From Eubacteriales bacterium (GTDB lineage: Bacteria; Bacillota; Clostridia; Oscillospirales; CAG-272): a stretch of DNA of 64,000 bases. A model generated the notes under the pieces. That model was given only the letters and a program-made list of their open reading frames with translations, searched no databases and was not told where the DNA came from. Both the position numbers and the translations under genes were made by a program. Of the stretch, positions 18,214 through 27,700 are shown in pieces. The stretch lies in assembly GCA_045611965.1 (NCBI GenBank), contig JAZKYE010000012.1, positions 1,512-65,511 of the forward strand. The letters run 5' to 3'. Position 1 is the first letter of the stretch; each line of letters starts with the position of its first letter.

Positions 18214-19065
18214 ATGAATACTAATGTTTTAAATACCGATCTTTCGGGCAAAGTTGCCGTTGTTACCGGTGCGGGCGGCGTGCTTTGCAGCTATTTTGCA
18301 AAGGTTCTTGCAAGAGCAGGCGCTAAGGTTGCGCTTCTCGACCTCAACTACGACGCGGCAAAGCAGTATGCTGACGAGATAGTAGCAGAGGGCGGTGTTG
18401 CAGAGGCATTTTCCTGCAACGTGCTTGATAAGGATATCTGCTACGCAGTAGCTGACGAGGTAGAAAAGAAGATGGGTAAGTGCGATATACTCATCAACGG
18501 TGCCGGCGGAAACAATCCTAAGGCTACTACCGATAAGGAATACTTCGAGCTTGGCGATATTGATGCTGATACCAAGTCCTTCTTTGACCTTGATACTCAA
18601 GGCGTTGGCTTTGTATTCAACCTTAACTTCCTCGGCACTCTTATTCCTACGCAGGCATTTGCGCGTCAGATGGTAGGCCGCGAGGGATGCAACATTCTCA
18701 ACATTTCCTCTATGAACGCATACACCCCTCTTACCAAAATTCCCGCATACTCGGGCGCGAAGGCTGCAATCTCTAACTTTACTCAATGGCTTGCAGTTCA
18801 CTTCTCGAAGGTTGGTATCAGAGTTAACGCAATTGCACCCGGCTTCTTCTCGACGAAGCAGAACGCAAAGCTTCTCTTCAACGATGACGGTACGCCTACT
18901 GCAAGAACCGGCAAGATTCTCGCAGCTACGCCTATGGGCAGATTTGGCGAGAGCGAAGAACTTGAGGGTGGACTTCTGTTCCTTATCAACAATAAGGCGG
19001 CAGGCTTTATTACCGGTGTAGTTCTTCCCATCGACGGCGGCTTCTCGGCTTATTCGGGCGTTTAA
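18214..19065 (+). CDS. SDR family oxidoreductase, probably D-mannonate/fructuronate oxidoreductase
   Basis: TGAGGVLC cofactor motif and YSGAK catalytic YxxxK. Function inferred from its position directly downstream of uxuA. Confidence 0.75.
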   Translation: MNTNVLNTDLSGKVAVVTGAGGVLCSYFAKVLARAGAKVALLDLNYDAAKQYADEIVAEGGVAEAFSCNVLDKDICYAVADEVEKKMGKCDILINGAGGNNPKATTDKEYFELGDIDADTKSFFDLDTQGVGFVFNLNFLGTLIPTQAFARQMVGREGCNILNISSMNAYTPLTKIPAYSGAKAAISNFTQWLAVHFSKVGIRVNAIAPGFFSTKQNAKLLFNDDGTPTARTGKILAATPMGRFGESEELEGGLLFLINNKAAGFITGVVLPIDGGFSAYSGV

Positions 19066-19225
19066 GATTAAATTTTAATAATAACAGCATAAAGAGAGAA
19101 CAAATCGGTTAAATAGTGCCGAAATGCTCTCTCTTTCTTATTAGTGGAATGAAATGACTGAAATTCAATAATTTTTCAAGTTTTAAATAATCCTCACAGC
19201 TTAAAATATAGGTGAGGTGATAAAT

Positions 19226-20002
19226 ATGAGAAGATTTTTTACTGTTATTGTTGTAACCGTCCTTGCAATTTCTATGCTGATGTCGGCGGCGCCTGCATCA
19301 GGCGAGGGGATAAGCTTTTTCGTAAAGCGCAACGGAAATATGCGTCCGATAAAGACACGCGAGCTTGGTGAAATAGAAGCACTCGGCGCGTATTATATTG
19401 ACAAAAGCAAGACCGACACGGATGACGACAAGGTTATATATATAACCTTTGATGCGGGATATGAGAATGGAAATATCGAAAAGACACTTGATATTTTAAA
19501 AGAAAAGCAGGTTCCTGCGGCATTTTTCGTTCTTAAATATATAGTTTTGAAAAATACCGATTTGGTAAAGCGAATGAGCGACGAGGGGCATCTTGTATGT
19601 AATCATACAAAAAACCATAAGGATATTAGCACTTTTAGCAAGGAAGAAATAAAAAGCGACCTTTTCGACCTTGATGAGGCTTACAAGGAAAAGACGGGTA
19701 AGGATATGGCGAGGTATTTTCGCTTTCCCGAGGGAAAATATTCAAAGCGCGCGATAGGTCTTGTAAATGAGCTTGGATATACTACGGTTTTTTGGAGCTT
19801 TGCATACGCGGACTGGGATAACGATAAGCAGCCCGATAAAAATAAAGCCTACGAGCTTATTATGAACAACACGCACAACGGTGAGGTTATACTGCTTCAT
19901 CCGACTTCATCTGTAAACGTAGAGCTTTTGCCGACGCTTATAGATAAGTGGCGAAAGATGGGATATCGCTTCGGAACTCTCGACGAGCTTTGTCACTCAT
20001 AA
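19226..20002 (+). CDS. polysaccharide deacetylase (NodB domain), PdaA-like
   Basis: ATG at 19226 after AGGTGAGGTG. Signal peptide, TFDAGYENG and HP... NodB motifs. Layout resembles the delta-lactam-forming sporulation deacetylase. Confidence 0.75.
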   Translation: MRRFFTVIVVTVLAISMLMSAAPASGEGISFFVKRNGNMRPIKTRELGEIEALGAYYIDKSKTDTDDDKVIYITFDAGYENGNIEKTLDILKEKQVPAAFFVLKYIVLKNTDLVKRMSDEGHLVCNHTKNHKDISTFSKEEIKSDLFDLDEAYKEKTGKDMARYFRFPEGKYSKRAIGLVNELGYTTVFWSFAYADWDNDKQPDKNKAYELIMNNTHNGEVILLHPTSSVNVELLPTLIDKWRKMGYRFGTLDELCHS

Positions 20003-20004
20003 AA

Positions 20005-20057
20005 TAAAAAAGGCTGTTACAAATCTGCTTTTGCCTTTGTAACAGCCTGCTATTTTT
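20005..20057. terminator. bidirectional intrinsic terminator
   Basis: GGCTGTTACAAA...TTTGTAACAGCC stem flanked by an A-run and a T-run. Confidence 0.8.
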
Positions 20058-21106
20058 TATTTAATATTGTTTTTTGCCTTGATTTCTTCAAGACGCGCCT
20101 TTTCGGTTACATCGTCACGCATGATAGGCTCGTCATTTGCAGTCTCTGTGGGATGCTCTGCATAGTAGGGGTCTATCATAACCTCTTTTATTTTGAAGTA
20201 GGATGCATAGACCTTCATATACGCAAAGGTAGAGAAGAGAACTGCGAGGGGCGCGGCTATTGCAAAGGGAATAAGCACACCGCCCGTAACGAAAAGGAAC
20301 ATAAGCTCTAAAATAACACCGAGAATAATCCCGATAAGCGCCATAAAGTTCCGTTTCAGACCGATAAGCGAGAAAAGAAGGGAATTCTTGATGATTTTAA
20401 AGATTGTGAGCTTAAACGTTACCATCTGAACGTAGACATAATAGCGCATAAAGAAATATACTATCGCGATAACCACGTTAGACCAGAACATAACGGAGAG
20501 GAAGAATTTATCCGTCGAGGTAAGCAGTGAGAAGATGTTAAAGCCAAGCACGATGCAAATTATAGCATCAATTATACCGAAGGGAAGTGCCTGCTTGTAG
20601 TTTCTCTTTACTGCGTACTTGAAATCGTGCCATACGAATACCGGCTCGCCCGAAGCAATATTTCTCAAAATATAAGCACATCCTACGTTTACGATACCAA
20701 AGGTAAAGAGCGCAAGTGCGCTTATCGCATAAAAGACGTAATTAACCGTCGTATCGTAAAGCACGTGTGACTGCATACCCTCAAGTGCAAATAAGGTCAT
20801 ATGGTACGGCGTAACATTTCCACCGAGATAATGACCGCCAAGATTTTGGAAAAGGTCGGACATAGGAAGTGTCAGCTCGGTTTTGAAATATCCCGACAAA
20901 TTCATAATAAGAAAGAAAAGGGGGAAGTTGCCGAGTACCATTATTATATTGGTTGAAACTATCTTGCCAAAGCTGTCAAAATAGGTTCTGAAAAAACGCT
21001 TGAAGCCGGGCTGCATATCCTTTGCGGATTTGCTTACGCCGCGCCCATCCTTATCAAGACGAATAAGACGAAGTCTTGTGGATGATTTCTTTTTTGTATC
21101 CTTCAA
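20057..21106 (-). CDS. multi-pass membrane protein, YesL/DUF624-like
   Basis: TTG start 7 nt after GAGGTA. The FKRFFRTYFDSFGKIV...GNFPLFF pattern resembles DUF624 proteins. Confidence 0.5.
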   Translation of the reverse strand: MKDTKKKSSTRLRLIRLDKDGRGVSKSAKDMQPGFKRFFRTYFDSFGKIVSTNIIMVLGNFPLFFLIMNLSGYFKTELTLPMSDLFQNLGGHYLGGNVTPYHMTLFALEGMQSHVLYDTTVNYVFYAISALALFTFGIVNVGCAYILRNIASGEPVFVWHDFKYAVKRNYKQALPFGIIDAIICIVLGFNIFSLLTSTDKFFLSVMFWSNVVIAIVYFFMRYYVYVQMVTFKLTIFKIIKNSLLFSLIGLKRNFMALIGIILGVILELMFLFVTGGVLIPFAIAAPLAVLFSTFAYMKVYASYFKIKEVMIDPYYAEHPTETANDEPIMRDDVTEKARLEEIKAKNNIK

Positions 21107-21258
21107 AATTATTTACCTCAAAAATTTATATATATATAATATCACAAAGTGAAAAATAAAACAAGTCATATACCCCAAATTTTTAAATTTTACGAATAGG
21201 TAGGTAAAGGGATTAATATATATGAAGTAAAATATCATAACGCATGAGGTTAAAAGAA

Positions 21259-22449
21259 ATGAAAAGGCTGTGCTGTATTATTTTAATATTTGCATTATTA
21301 TCATCACTCGGAATTGCATCAAATGCAAAAACAAGCATATATTATGAGGCAGAAAGCATTGATGTAGATGTACCTTACGGTGACGAGCCGTTTGATGTCG
21401 ATGCGAAATCGGCAGTTTTAATGGAAGCGTCGACGGGCAAGGTTCTGTATTCTAAAAATGAAAATTCAGCACTGCCGCCGGCGTCGGTTACAAAAATAAT
21501 GACTCTGCTGCTTGCGTGTGAGGCGTATGATGAGGGACGCTTTACCCTTGACAAAAAGGTGCGTATCAGTAAGGAAGCGGCGGCAATGGGCGGAAGTCAG
21601 GTCTTTCTTGAAGAGGGCGAAGAGGTTGCGGTAGAAGAGCTTTTTAAATCAACTATAATCGCGTCAGCTAACGACAGCGCGGTAGCGCTTGCCGAGCTTG
21701 TGAGCGGAAGCGTTGACGCCTTTGTTCGTAAAATGAACGCAAGGGCTATGGAGCTGTCCTTGGCATCCTGCCATTTTGAAAACGTGACGGGACTTGACGA
21801 TACAACTAAAAATCACGTAATGAGCGCATATGATATAGCCGTTATTTCACGCGAGCTTATCAAGCACGATATTATTTTGAAGTATTCAAGTCTTTGGCAG
21901 GACAGTATAAGGGATGGGGAATTTACCCTAACAAACACAAACCGACTCGTCAGGTATTATGACGGCTGTAACGGACTTAAAACAGGCTCTACGGATAAAG
22001 CAGGCTACTGTGTTACGGCTACGGCAAAGCGTGACGGAATGCAGCTTATTGCGGTTGTTATGGGGTCACCGACAAGGGATATACGTAATTCGTGTGCAAA
22101 GAAGCTTCTTGACTACGGTTTTACTGAATATCAGCTTCAAGGATATGAGGAAGAGTATTTGGAAAGCGTGCCCGTAATATTTGGCAAGGCGGATGCGGTT
22201 AAGCTTTATTCGGGGGCTGTATCGTTTTTAACCTCGCGCGGCAGTAAAATCGAGAAAAAATACGATATTCCAACCGAGCTTACCGCACCAACCGAGCCGT
22301 CATCCCCTGTCGGAAGGGTTGACTACATATCAAACGGCAAAGTAATTGCCACAGCGCCTATATATGTGAAGCAAACGGTTGAGAGGCTATCGTTTTTTGA
22401 TTTATTCTTTAAATTCGTGTCGGTAATTATATCAGTGTGTGACTCATAA
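21259..22449 (+). CDS. D-alanyl-D-alanine carboxypeptidase (S11, PBP5/DacB/DacF type)
   Basis: Signal peptide. SVTK (SxxK), SANDSA (SxN) and KTGST (KTG) motifs. C-terminal beta domain plus membrane anchor. Confidence 0.88.
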   Translation: MKRLCCIILIFALLSSLGIASNAKTSIYYEAESIDVDVPYGDEPFDVDAKSAVLMEASTGKVLYSKNENSALPPASVTKIMTLLLACEAYDEGRFTLDKKVRISKEAAAMGGSQVFLEEGEEVAVEELFKSTIIASANDSAVALAELVSGSVDAFVRKMNARAMELSLASCHFENVTGLDDTTKNHVMSAYDIAVISRELIKHDIILKYSSLWQDSIRDGEFTLTNTNRLVRYYDGCNGLKTGSTDKAGYCVTATAKRDGMQLIAVVMGSPTRDIRNSCAKKLLDYGFTEYQLQGYEEEYLESVPVIFGKADAVKLYSGAVSFLTSRGSKIEKKYDIPTELTAPTEPSSPVGRVDYISNGKVIATAPIYVKQTVERLSFFDLFFKFVSVIISVCDS

Positions 22450-22543
22450 AAAACTTAAAAAAATGCTGATTTAGTCTTGATTTTTAAGTGGCAAGTATAG
22501 TATAATATTCCTATATTTTATAATACTTTGGAGGATACCCCGT

Positions 22544-23884
22544 ATGTCACTTAAGCTTAACGACAAATTTCTTGAAGGATTTGTATCGGCTGACAAATTA
22601 ACCGCTATGGAAGGCGAGGCAAAGGCTGCATTTGACCTTGTAAAGTCAAGGAAGGGCGCAGGCGCCGACTTCCTCGGCTGGTCAACGCTTCCCGTAGATT
22701 ACGATAAGGATGAGTTTGCTCGCATAAAGGCTGCTGCAGAAAAAATCCGCAAGAGTGCTGATATTCTCGTTGTTATCGGTATCGGCGGCTCATATCTTGG
22801 CGCACCCCCCCCAATTGAATTTGTTAAGAGCCCGCTCTATAACAATATGAAGAAGGATACGCCTGACATTTATTTTGCAGGTAACAATATTTCTACAACC
22901 GCCCTTACAGAGCTTATATCCATCTGCGAGGGCAAGGATATCTGCGTTAACGTAATATCAAAGTCGGGTACTACCACCGAGCCTGCGATTGCCTTCCGTG
23001 TGTTCAAGCAGATGCTTATCGACAAGTATGGCATCGACGGTGCAAGAGAGAGAATTTTCGTCACCACCGACAAGTGCCGCGGCACTCTTAAATCCTTCTC
23101 TGATGCCGCAGGCTACGAAACCTTCGTTGTTCCTGACGATGTTGGCGGAAGATTTTCGGTCCTTACCGCAGTAGGACTTCTTCCTATCGCATGCGCGGGC
23201 ATTGATATTGATGCTATGATGAAGGGCGCGGCTGATGCAACTTCGGATTTCTCATCCGACGAGCTTAACAGGAATGACTGTATGAAGTATGCGGCAATCC
23301 GTAATCTTCTTCAGAGAGAGGGTAAGACTACTGAAATTCTCGTAGGCTACGAGCCCTATATGCTTATGCTCAACGAGTGGTGGAAGCAGCTTTACGGCGA
23401 GAGCGAGGGCAAGGATAACAAGGGACTTTTCCCTGCATCCGTTATTTTCTCTACCGACCTTCACTCACTCGGACAGTACATTCAGGACGGTGTGAGAAAC
23501 CTCTTTGAAACGGTTATCAGCGTTAAGGATTCGGGCGCTAAATTCGTTATTCCCGAGGACAGCGCTAACGTTGACGGACTCAACTTTATCGCAGGACGCG
23601 AGCTTGACTACGTTAACAAGACCGCTATGCTCGCAACCCTTATTGCTCACAACGACGGCGGTGTGCCTAACATTCTTATCGAGCTTGATGACAGAAGCGC
23701 GTACACCTTCGGCTACCTCGTTTACTTCTTTGAGCTTGCCTGCGCGATTTCCGGCTATATGCTTGGCGTTAATCCCTTTGACCAGCCCGGTGTTGAGGCT
23801 TATAAGAAAAATATGTTCGCTCTTCTCGGTAAGCCCGGCTATGAGGCTATGAAGGCAGAGCTTGACAAGCGCATCGGCGACTAA
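22544..23884 (+). CDS. pgi: glucose-6-phosphate isomerase
   Basis: 446 aa. [28 protein letters not shown] and [14 protein letters not shown] are near-identical to Firmicute Pgi motifs. Confidence 0.95.
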   Translation: MSLKLNDKFLEGFVSADKLTAMEGEAKAAFDLVKSRKGAGADFLGWSTLPVDYDKDEFARIKAAAEKIRKSADILVVIGIGGSYLGAPPPIEFVKSPLYNNMKKDTPDIYFAGNNISTTALTELISICEGKDICVNVISKSGTTTEPAIAFRVFKQMLIDKYGIDGARERIFVTTDKCRGTLKSFSDAAGYETFVVPDDVGGRFSVLTAVGLLPIACAGIDIDAMMKGAADATSDFSSDELNRNDCMKYAAIRNLLQREGKTTEILVGYEPYMLMLNEWWKQLYGESEGKDNKGLFPASVIFSTDLHSLGQYIQDGVRNLFETVISVKDSGAKFVIPEDSANVDGLNFIAGRELDYVNKTAMLATLIAHNDGGVPNILIELDDRSAYTFGYLVYFFELACAISGYMLGVNPFDQPGVEAYKKNMFALLGKPGYEAMKAELDKRIGD

Positions 23885-23966
23885 ATATAAAAAAACAGTA
23901 GAAAAAATAGTCAAAAACTATTGCATTTTTTTGCTAAATAGTGTATCATATATACAAAGAGGATGA

Positions 23967-23980
23967 TTACTTATAAGTAA
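23967..23980. promoter_or_regulatory. perfect 14-bp palindrome in the leader of the 24013 gene
   Basis: TTACTTATAAGTAA nested inside AGGAT...ATCCT, between a TTGCAT-17-TATCAT promoter and the SD. Confidence 0.4.
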
Positions 23981-24012
23981 AGCTATCCTTAAAACCAAGG
24001 AGGACATCTAAA

Positions 24013-24414
24013 ATGATTAAATTTTTTATCGGCGCAAAGGGATCGGGAAAAACCAAAACCCTCATCGAGCTTGTAAACGGCGCGGCTAACAACACTAACG
24101 GCTCGGTTGTATGCATAGAGAGAGGTGATAAGCTTCGCTTTGATATTACCTCAAAGGCTCGCCTTATCGACACCGATTTCTATAAGGTTAACGATATCAA
24201 TAAGCTTTACGGCTTTGTTGCAGGTATTCTTGCATCGAATAACGATATCACCGACGTTTTCGTTGATTCCGCACTTAAAATCTGCAATGACGACGTTGCG
24301 GCATTTGAGGCTATGCTTCCTGCATTTGCTTCGCTTGCAAAGGACGTTAATATAGTTATGACCCTTTCCATTGCAACCGACGTTTGCCCCGACTCGATTA
24401 AGGCATACGTTTAA
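24013..24414 (+). CDS. minimal P-loop NTPase-like protein (133 aa), unknown function
   Basis: SD AAGGAGGA. Walker A GAKGSGKT at residues 7-14 and a Walker-B-like DVFVDS. Confidence 0.6.
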   Translation: MIKFFIGAKGSGKTKTLIELVNGAANNTNGSVVCIERGDKLRFDITSKARLIDTDFYKVNDINKLYGFVAGILASNNDITDVFVDSALKICNDDVAAFEAMLPAFASLAKDVNIVMTLSIATDVCPDSIKAYV

Positions 24415-24435
24415 TTCTTTACATAATAATTTATT

Positions 24436-24469
24436 GGGGCTGTCCAAATGTGACAGCCCCTTGCTTTTT
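24436..24469 (+). terminator. intrinsic terminator
   Basis: GGGGCTGTC-N6-GACAGCCCC followed by TTGCTTTTT. Confidence 0.75.
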
Positions 24470-24504
24470 AACAAATACAGCCGCTTTTTCATAAAATAGA
24501 ATTA

Positions 24505-24542
24505 AGGTGTACTACACCTGACGAAATCATACAAATATTTGT
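24505..24542. promoter_or_regulatory. two palindromes upstream of the Cys-rich gene
   Basis: AGGTGTA-C-TACACCT (24505-24519) and ACAAATATTTGT (24531-24542). The second overlaps CATACAAA, which resembles a mother-cell sigma -10 element. Confidence 0.35.
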
Positions 24543-24554
24543 GGAGAAGTAGCA

Positions 24555-25403
24555 ATGTCAGAAAACAGAAACAATTATTGCTCATCAGGTCAGGACCGTC
24601 GCGGTATGGTATGTATTGATACAAGCCGCGTTCTTGATTCCTGCCGCGACAGAGATTGCTTTGAGAACGCAAGGGTTTATCTCACCGAGTGCGGCGAGCA
24701 GATTTTCACAAGCTCGGCAAATGTAAGAGCTGTGGGCTCGAGAGTGCTTTACGCATACGTTGGCGTTGACGAGGTACCCTTTAACTGCGGATTTTTCAGA
24801 GTAAGCGTGCGTTATTATATCGTAACCGACTTTGAAGCCTGCCCTGGACTTGGCAGAACACAGCAGTTCAGCGGACTTTCAGTTCTTGAAAAGGACGTAA
24901 TCCTTTTCGGCGGTGACGGTGTGGTTACCACCTTTACCTCTGATCCCGACGCAAGCTTCTGCAGTCCTGCAAACGCGGATAACAGAGGCTCAACCGCACC
25001 CAGAGCAACTGTTGAGGTGCTTGAGCCCGTTATTCTCGGCACGAAAACCGTTGACTGCTCGTGTCCTTGCCCCGTTTGCGAGTGCATCGAGCTTCCCGAG
25101 TGCGTATGCGGATGCCTTGGCGATAGAATAAGAACGAATACCGACGCGGTAAGGCTCTATATATCCCTCGGTATCTTCTCGGTAATAAGAATTACCAGAC
25201 CTACTCAGATTCTCGTAAACGCAACCGATTTCAGCGTACCCGACAAGGAATGTGTACCTGCGAGCAACGATGATAATCCCTGCGCGCTTTTCAGGACTAT
25301 GGAATTTCCTACCGAGCGCTTTAAGGCGGATGCTGCCTCGGATAATCTTAACGGCCGCACAAACGGCGGCGGACGAGGCTGTGGCTGTCAGGGAAAAAAC
25401 TGA
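24555..25403 (+). CDS. cysteine-rich protein of unknown function (282 aa)
   Basis: SD GGAGAAG. Cys clusters VCIDTSRVLDSCRDRDC, CSCPCPVCECIELPECVCGC and a GCGC tail. No signal peptide or TM. Confidence 0.6.
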   Translation: MSENRNNYCSSGQDRRGMVCIDTSRVLDSCRDRDCFENARVYLTECGEQIFTSSANVRAVGSRVLYAYVGVDEVPFNCGFFRVSVRYYIVTDFEACPGLGRTQQFSGLSVLEKDVILFGGDGVVTTFTSDPDASFCSPANADNRGSTAPRATVEVLEPVILGTKTVDCSCPCPVCECIELPECVCGCLGDRIRTNTDAVRLYISLGIFSVIRITRPTQILVNATDFSVPDKECVPASNDDNPCALFRTMEFPTERFKADAASDNLNGRTNGGGRGCGCQGKN

Positions 25404-25438
25404 TTTTAACATCATAAGTTAAAATTATAAATATAATA

Positions 25439-25477
25439 CGGCTGTACCCAAAGCGCGGTGTACAGCCGTATTTTTTA
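25439..25477. terminator. bidirectional intrinsic terminator
   Basis: CGGCTGTAC...GTACAGCCG followed by TATTTTTT. Confidence 0.7.
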
Positions 25478-26254
25478 TTTTCCGGTATTCTGTCGCATAA
25501 TCTCATAGGCAAACATCGTTGTTGCGCTTGCCGCGGATAGGGAAGCAGAGAATTCTCTTGCGTAATTGATTTTAACACGCACGTCGCAGAGGTCAAGCGT
25601 TTTTCTTGATATGCCGCGCTTTTCACCGCCTACAACTAAAAGAAGAGGGTAGAGAAGTGGGGTAGCACCGAGGATATTGTCTGTGCGCGTGTCAGCGCAG
25701 GCTACGGTATAGCTCCTCTCTTTGAATATATTTATACATTCCTGCGTCTCGGCTTGATAGAAGGAAAAGCGCTCGGATGCACCGGCAGAGCTTCTGCATA
25801 CGACACCTGCGGCAGTGAGCCAGTTACGCATCGGCAGGATTATTCCGTCGCATCCGCAAGCATAGAGCGACCGAAGCGCATAGCCAAAATTGTAGGGGTC
25901 CTCAATACCCTCGATAATTGCGTAAAAGCCATGGGGCTTTATGTCAGACGATGCACAAAGTTTAGGATAGGTGCGCTCTGTGCAGTACGCGCAAACACCG
26001 CCGTGGGATGTGCCAAGTGTGATTTCATCGAGATGCGCGGCAGTCGTTTCGATAAGCTCAAAACCGTATTTTGTCGAAACTGCCTTAAAATATCCTATCT
26101 CTTTTGCATTTTTTGCAATTCTGCCTTTGTCGTACAGTATCTTCGTTATGGTTCTGTCCGATATACGCTCGTCAATTGCGCTAATGACAGCTCTTATTGA
26201 GGTCATACCCTCAAAGAGTGTTGAGTCGATGAATTTTCTTTCTTCCTTTATCAT
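25475..26254 (-). CDS. TrmH/SpoU family RNA 2'-O-methyltransferase
   Basis: Start moved to ATG 26254 (MIKEERKF...). C-terminal SpoU knot motifs LLLVVGGEKRGIS and SLSAASATT. The track's 54-codon 5' extension overlaps the spoIIID promoter region. Confidence 0.8.
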   Translation of the reverse strand: MIKEERKFIDSTLFEGMTSIRAVISAIDERISDRTITKILYDKGRIAKNAKEIGYFKAVSTKYGFELIETTAAHLDEITLGTSHGGVCAYCTERTYPKLCASSDIKPHGFYAIIEGIEDPYNFGYALRSLYACGCDGIILPMRNWLTAAGVVCRSSAGASERFSFYQAETQECINIFKERSYTVACADTRTDNILGATPLLYPLLLVVGGEKRGISRKTLDLCDVRVKINYAREFSASLSAASATTMFAYEIMRQNTGK

Positions 26255-26306
26255 TAATTTAGGGTGCCTTTCATATAATTTACTAAAACGTAAGGTGGGG
26301 CATAAT

Positions 26307-26606
26307 ATGAGAAATAACAGTACCATTGAGCGCGCAAGAGAGCTTGGAAAATTCGTCAGCGATACGCACGCGACGGTGCGATTTTGCGCGAAGGTTTTTG
26401 GGATAAGTAAAAGCACCGTACATAAGGATCTGACTTATAAGCTGCCCTTAATAGACCCCGTACTATATAATGCTGTAAAGCTGATACTTGATGATAATCT
26501 TGCAAATCGGCATATTCGTGGCGGTGAAGCTACTAAAAGGAAGTATAAAAGCCTGAAAATCAGCCGTAGTGTCAATGAATCAGACAAAGTGTTCGCAAAA
26601 AAATAG
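26307..26606 (+). CDS. spoIIID: sporulation transcriptional regulator SpoIIID
   Basis: ATG at 26307 after AAGGTGGGG. FGISKSTVHKDL HTH and RHIRGGEATKRKY closely match SpoIIID. The track ORF 25971-26606 is an artefactual 5' extension. Confidence 0.9.
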   Translation: MRNNSTIERARELGKFVSDTHATVRFCAKVFGISKSTVHKDLTYKLPLIDPVLYNAVKLILDDNLANRHIRGGEATKRKYKSLKISRSVNESDKVFAKK

Positions 26607-26625
26607 GGAAGTGACTTCCCTTTTA
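26606..26625 (+). terminator. intrinsic terminator after spoIIID
   Basis: GGGAAGT-G-ACTTCCC followed by TTTT. Confidence 0.6.
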
Positions 26626-26925
26626 TCCCTTGACTTAATTATAAGGCAATATTCTGATAAATGCAATAGCAAATGCGTTATTTGTATTTTGTTTTTTAAT
26701 ATTACTGTAAGACAGTCAGGCTCTACCGTATTTATTCATCACATATGTAATGTTATAATGTAAGTGATATAGTAAAAAAATTCAGTAGGAATTATTTAAT
26801 ATACCATACTCTTATTAAATATTTAATACACCGTATTACTGTAAGTGCTTAATAAAACGGTATTTAATCAAAACTTGTATAAACGCATATTCATATACAT
26901 ATAAGGTCTAAAACGAATGAAATCA

Positions 26926-26956
26926 GCGAAAAAGCCCCTTTTGGGGGCTATTTTTA
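26926..26956. terminator. orphan bidirectional terminator hairpin in a gene-free gap
   Basis: AGCCCC-TTTT-GGGGCT with an A-run upstream and ATTTTTAT downstream. No annotated gene ends here. Confidence 0.5.
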
Positions 26957-27143
26957 TCCCCTCTATTATACAAAACATTCATTTTGTATAATGATGTTAT
27001 AATTTCAGGGTTACAGCCTACCCCGAGATGCGTATATCACATAGGACTTTTTTCTTGGGGCTTTTCTTATACTGATACTGATATTAATACGGATTCGACT
27101 ACTTGTTTTAAATCAAAGGGCCGAGCCATTTTTAATTCACCTA

Positions 27144-27172
27144 TTGAAATTCCCCGTCAGTTATGATATAAT
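27144..27172 (+). promoter_or_regulatory. sigma-A type promoter for the 27207 gene
   Basis: TTGAAA-17 nt-TATAAT. Confidence 0.6.
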
Positions 27173-27206
27173 ATACGTATCATTATTATTTGGAGGAATT
27201 TATCAA

Positions 27207-27629
27207 ATGAGAAACAGAGTACTTACTCACACATCAAAGGGAAAGCTTCTTGCAATTGCAGACGAGGTTACCAGACTCGTTGAGGCTGACAAGGCTACGG
27301 ACGTTATTCCACCTGCCTACCCCTGCGACGGTGAAAGACTTGTCGTAATCGTAGTTACCGCAAAGGCTAATATGCCTGAGGTGTTCGGCAGAACCCTTCG
27401 CTCGTTCAAGAGAAGCGTTACTCACAACGTAGCATTCATCGTTGACGGAACGCCTGAGCTTGCAAAGCCCATTATCGAAATGGCTAAAACCAATGACTCT
27501 CACGTAATCGAGGATAATATCCTCTATGTTCAGGGCGGTCTGCCCTTCAAGTTCTTAAAGAAGGTTTCCCCCGAAGAGCTTGAGAGCGTTAAGAAGTGGG
27601 TTGCTGAAATCAGAGCTGCAATGGTTTAA
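27207..27629 (+). CDS. hypothetical protein (140 aa)
   Basis: ATG at 27207 after TGGAGGAA. Alternating beta-alpha pattern (LVVIVVTAKA..., VAFIVDG). No family recognised. Confidence 0.55.
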   Translation: MRNRVLTHTSKGKLLAIADEVTRLVEADKATDVIPPAYPCDGERLVVIVVTAKANMPEVFGRTLRSFKRSVTHNVAFIVDGTPELAKPIIEMAKTNDSHVIEDNILYVQGGLPFKFLKKVSPEELESVKKWVAEIRAAMV

Positions 27630-27654
27630 TTCCCTGCTCGCTGCTCTATTCTAA

Positions 27655-27700
27655 ATAAAAAAAGCTTCGGTGCTTTATATGCACCGAAGCTTTTTTATAT
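27655..27700. terminator. bidirectional intrinsic terminator
   Basis: AAAGCTTCGGTGC...GCACCGAAGCTTT flanked by an A-run and a T-run. Confidence 0.8.

Noticed and set aside
25971-26306. 5' extension of the spoIIID ORF (the track gives a 211-aa ORF at 25971-26606).
   Set aside because: The extension is antisense to the TrmH-family gene. SpoIIID homology begins exactly at ATG 26307, which has a good SD.
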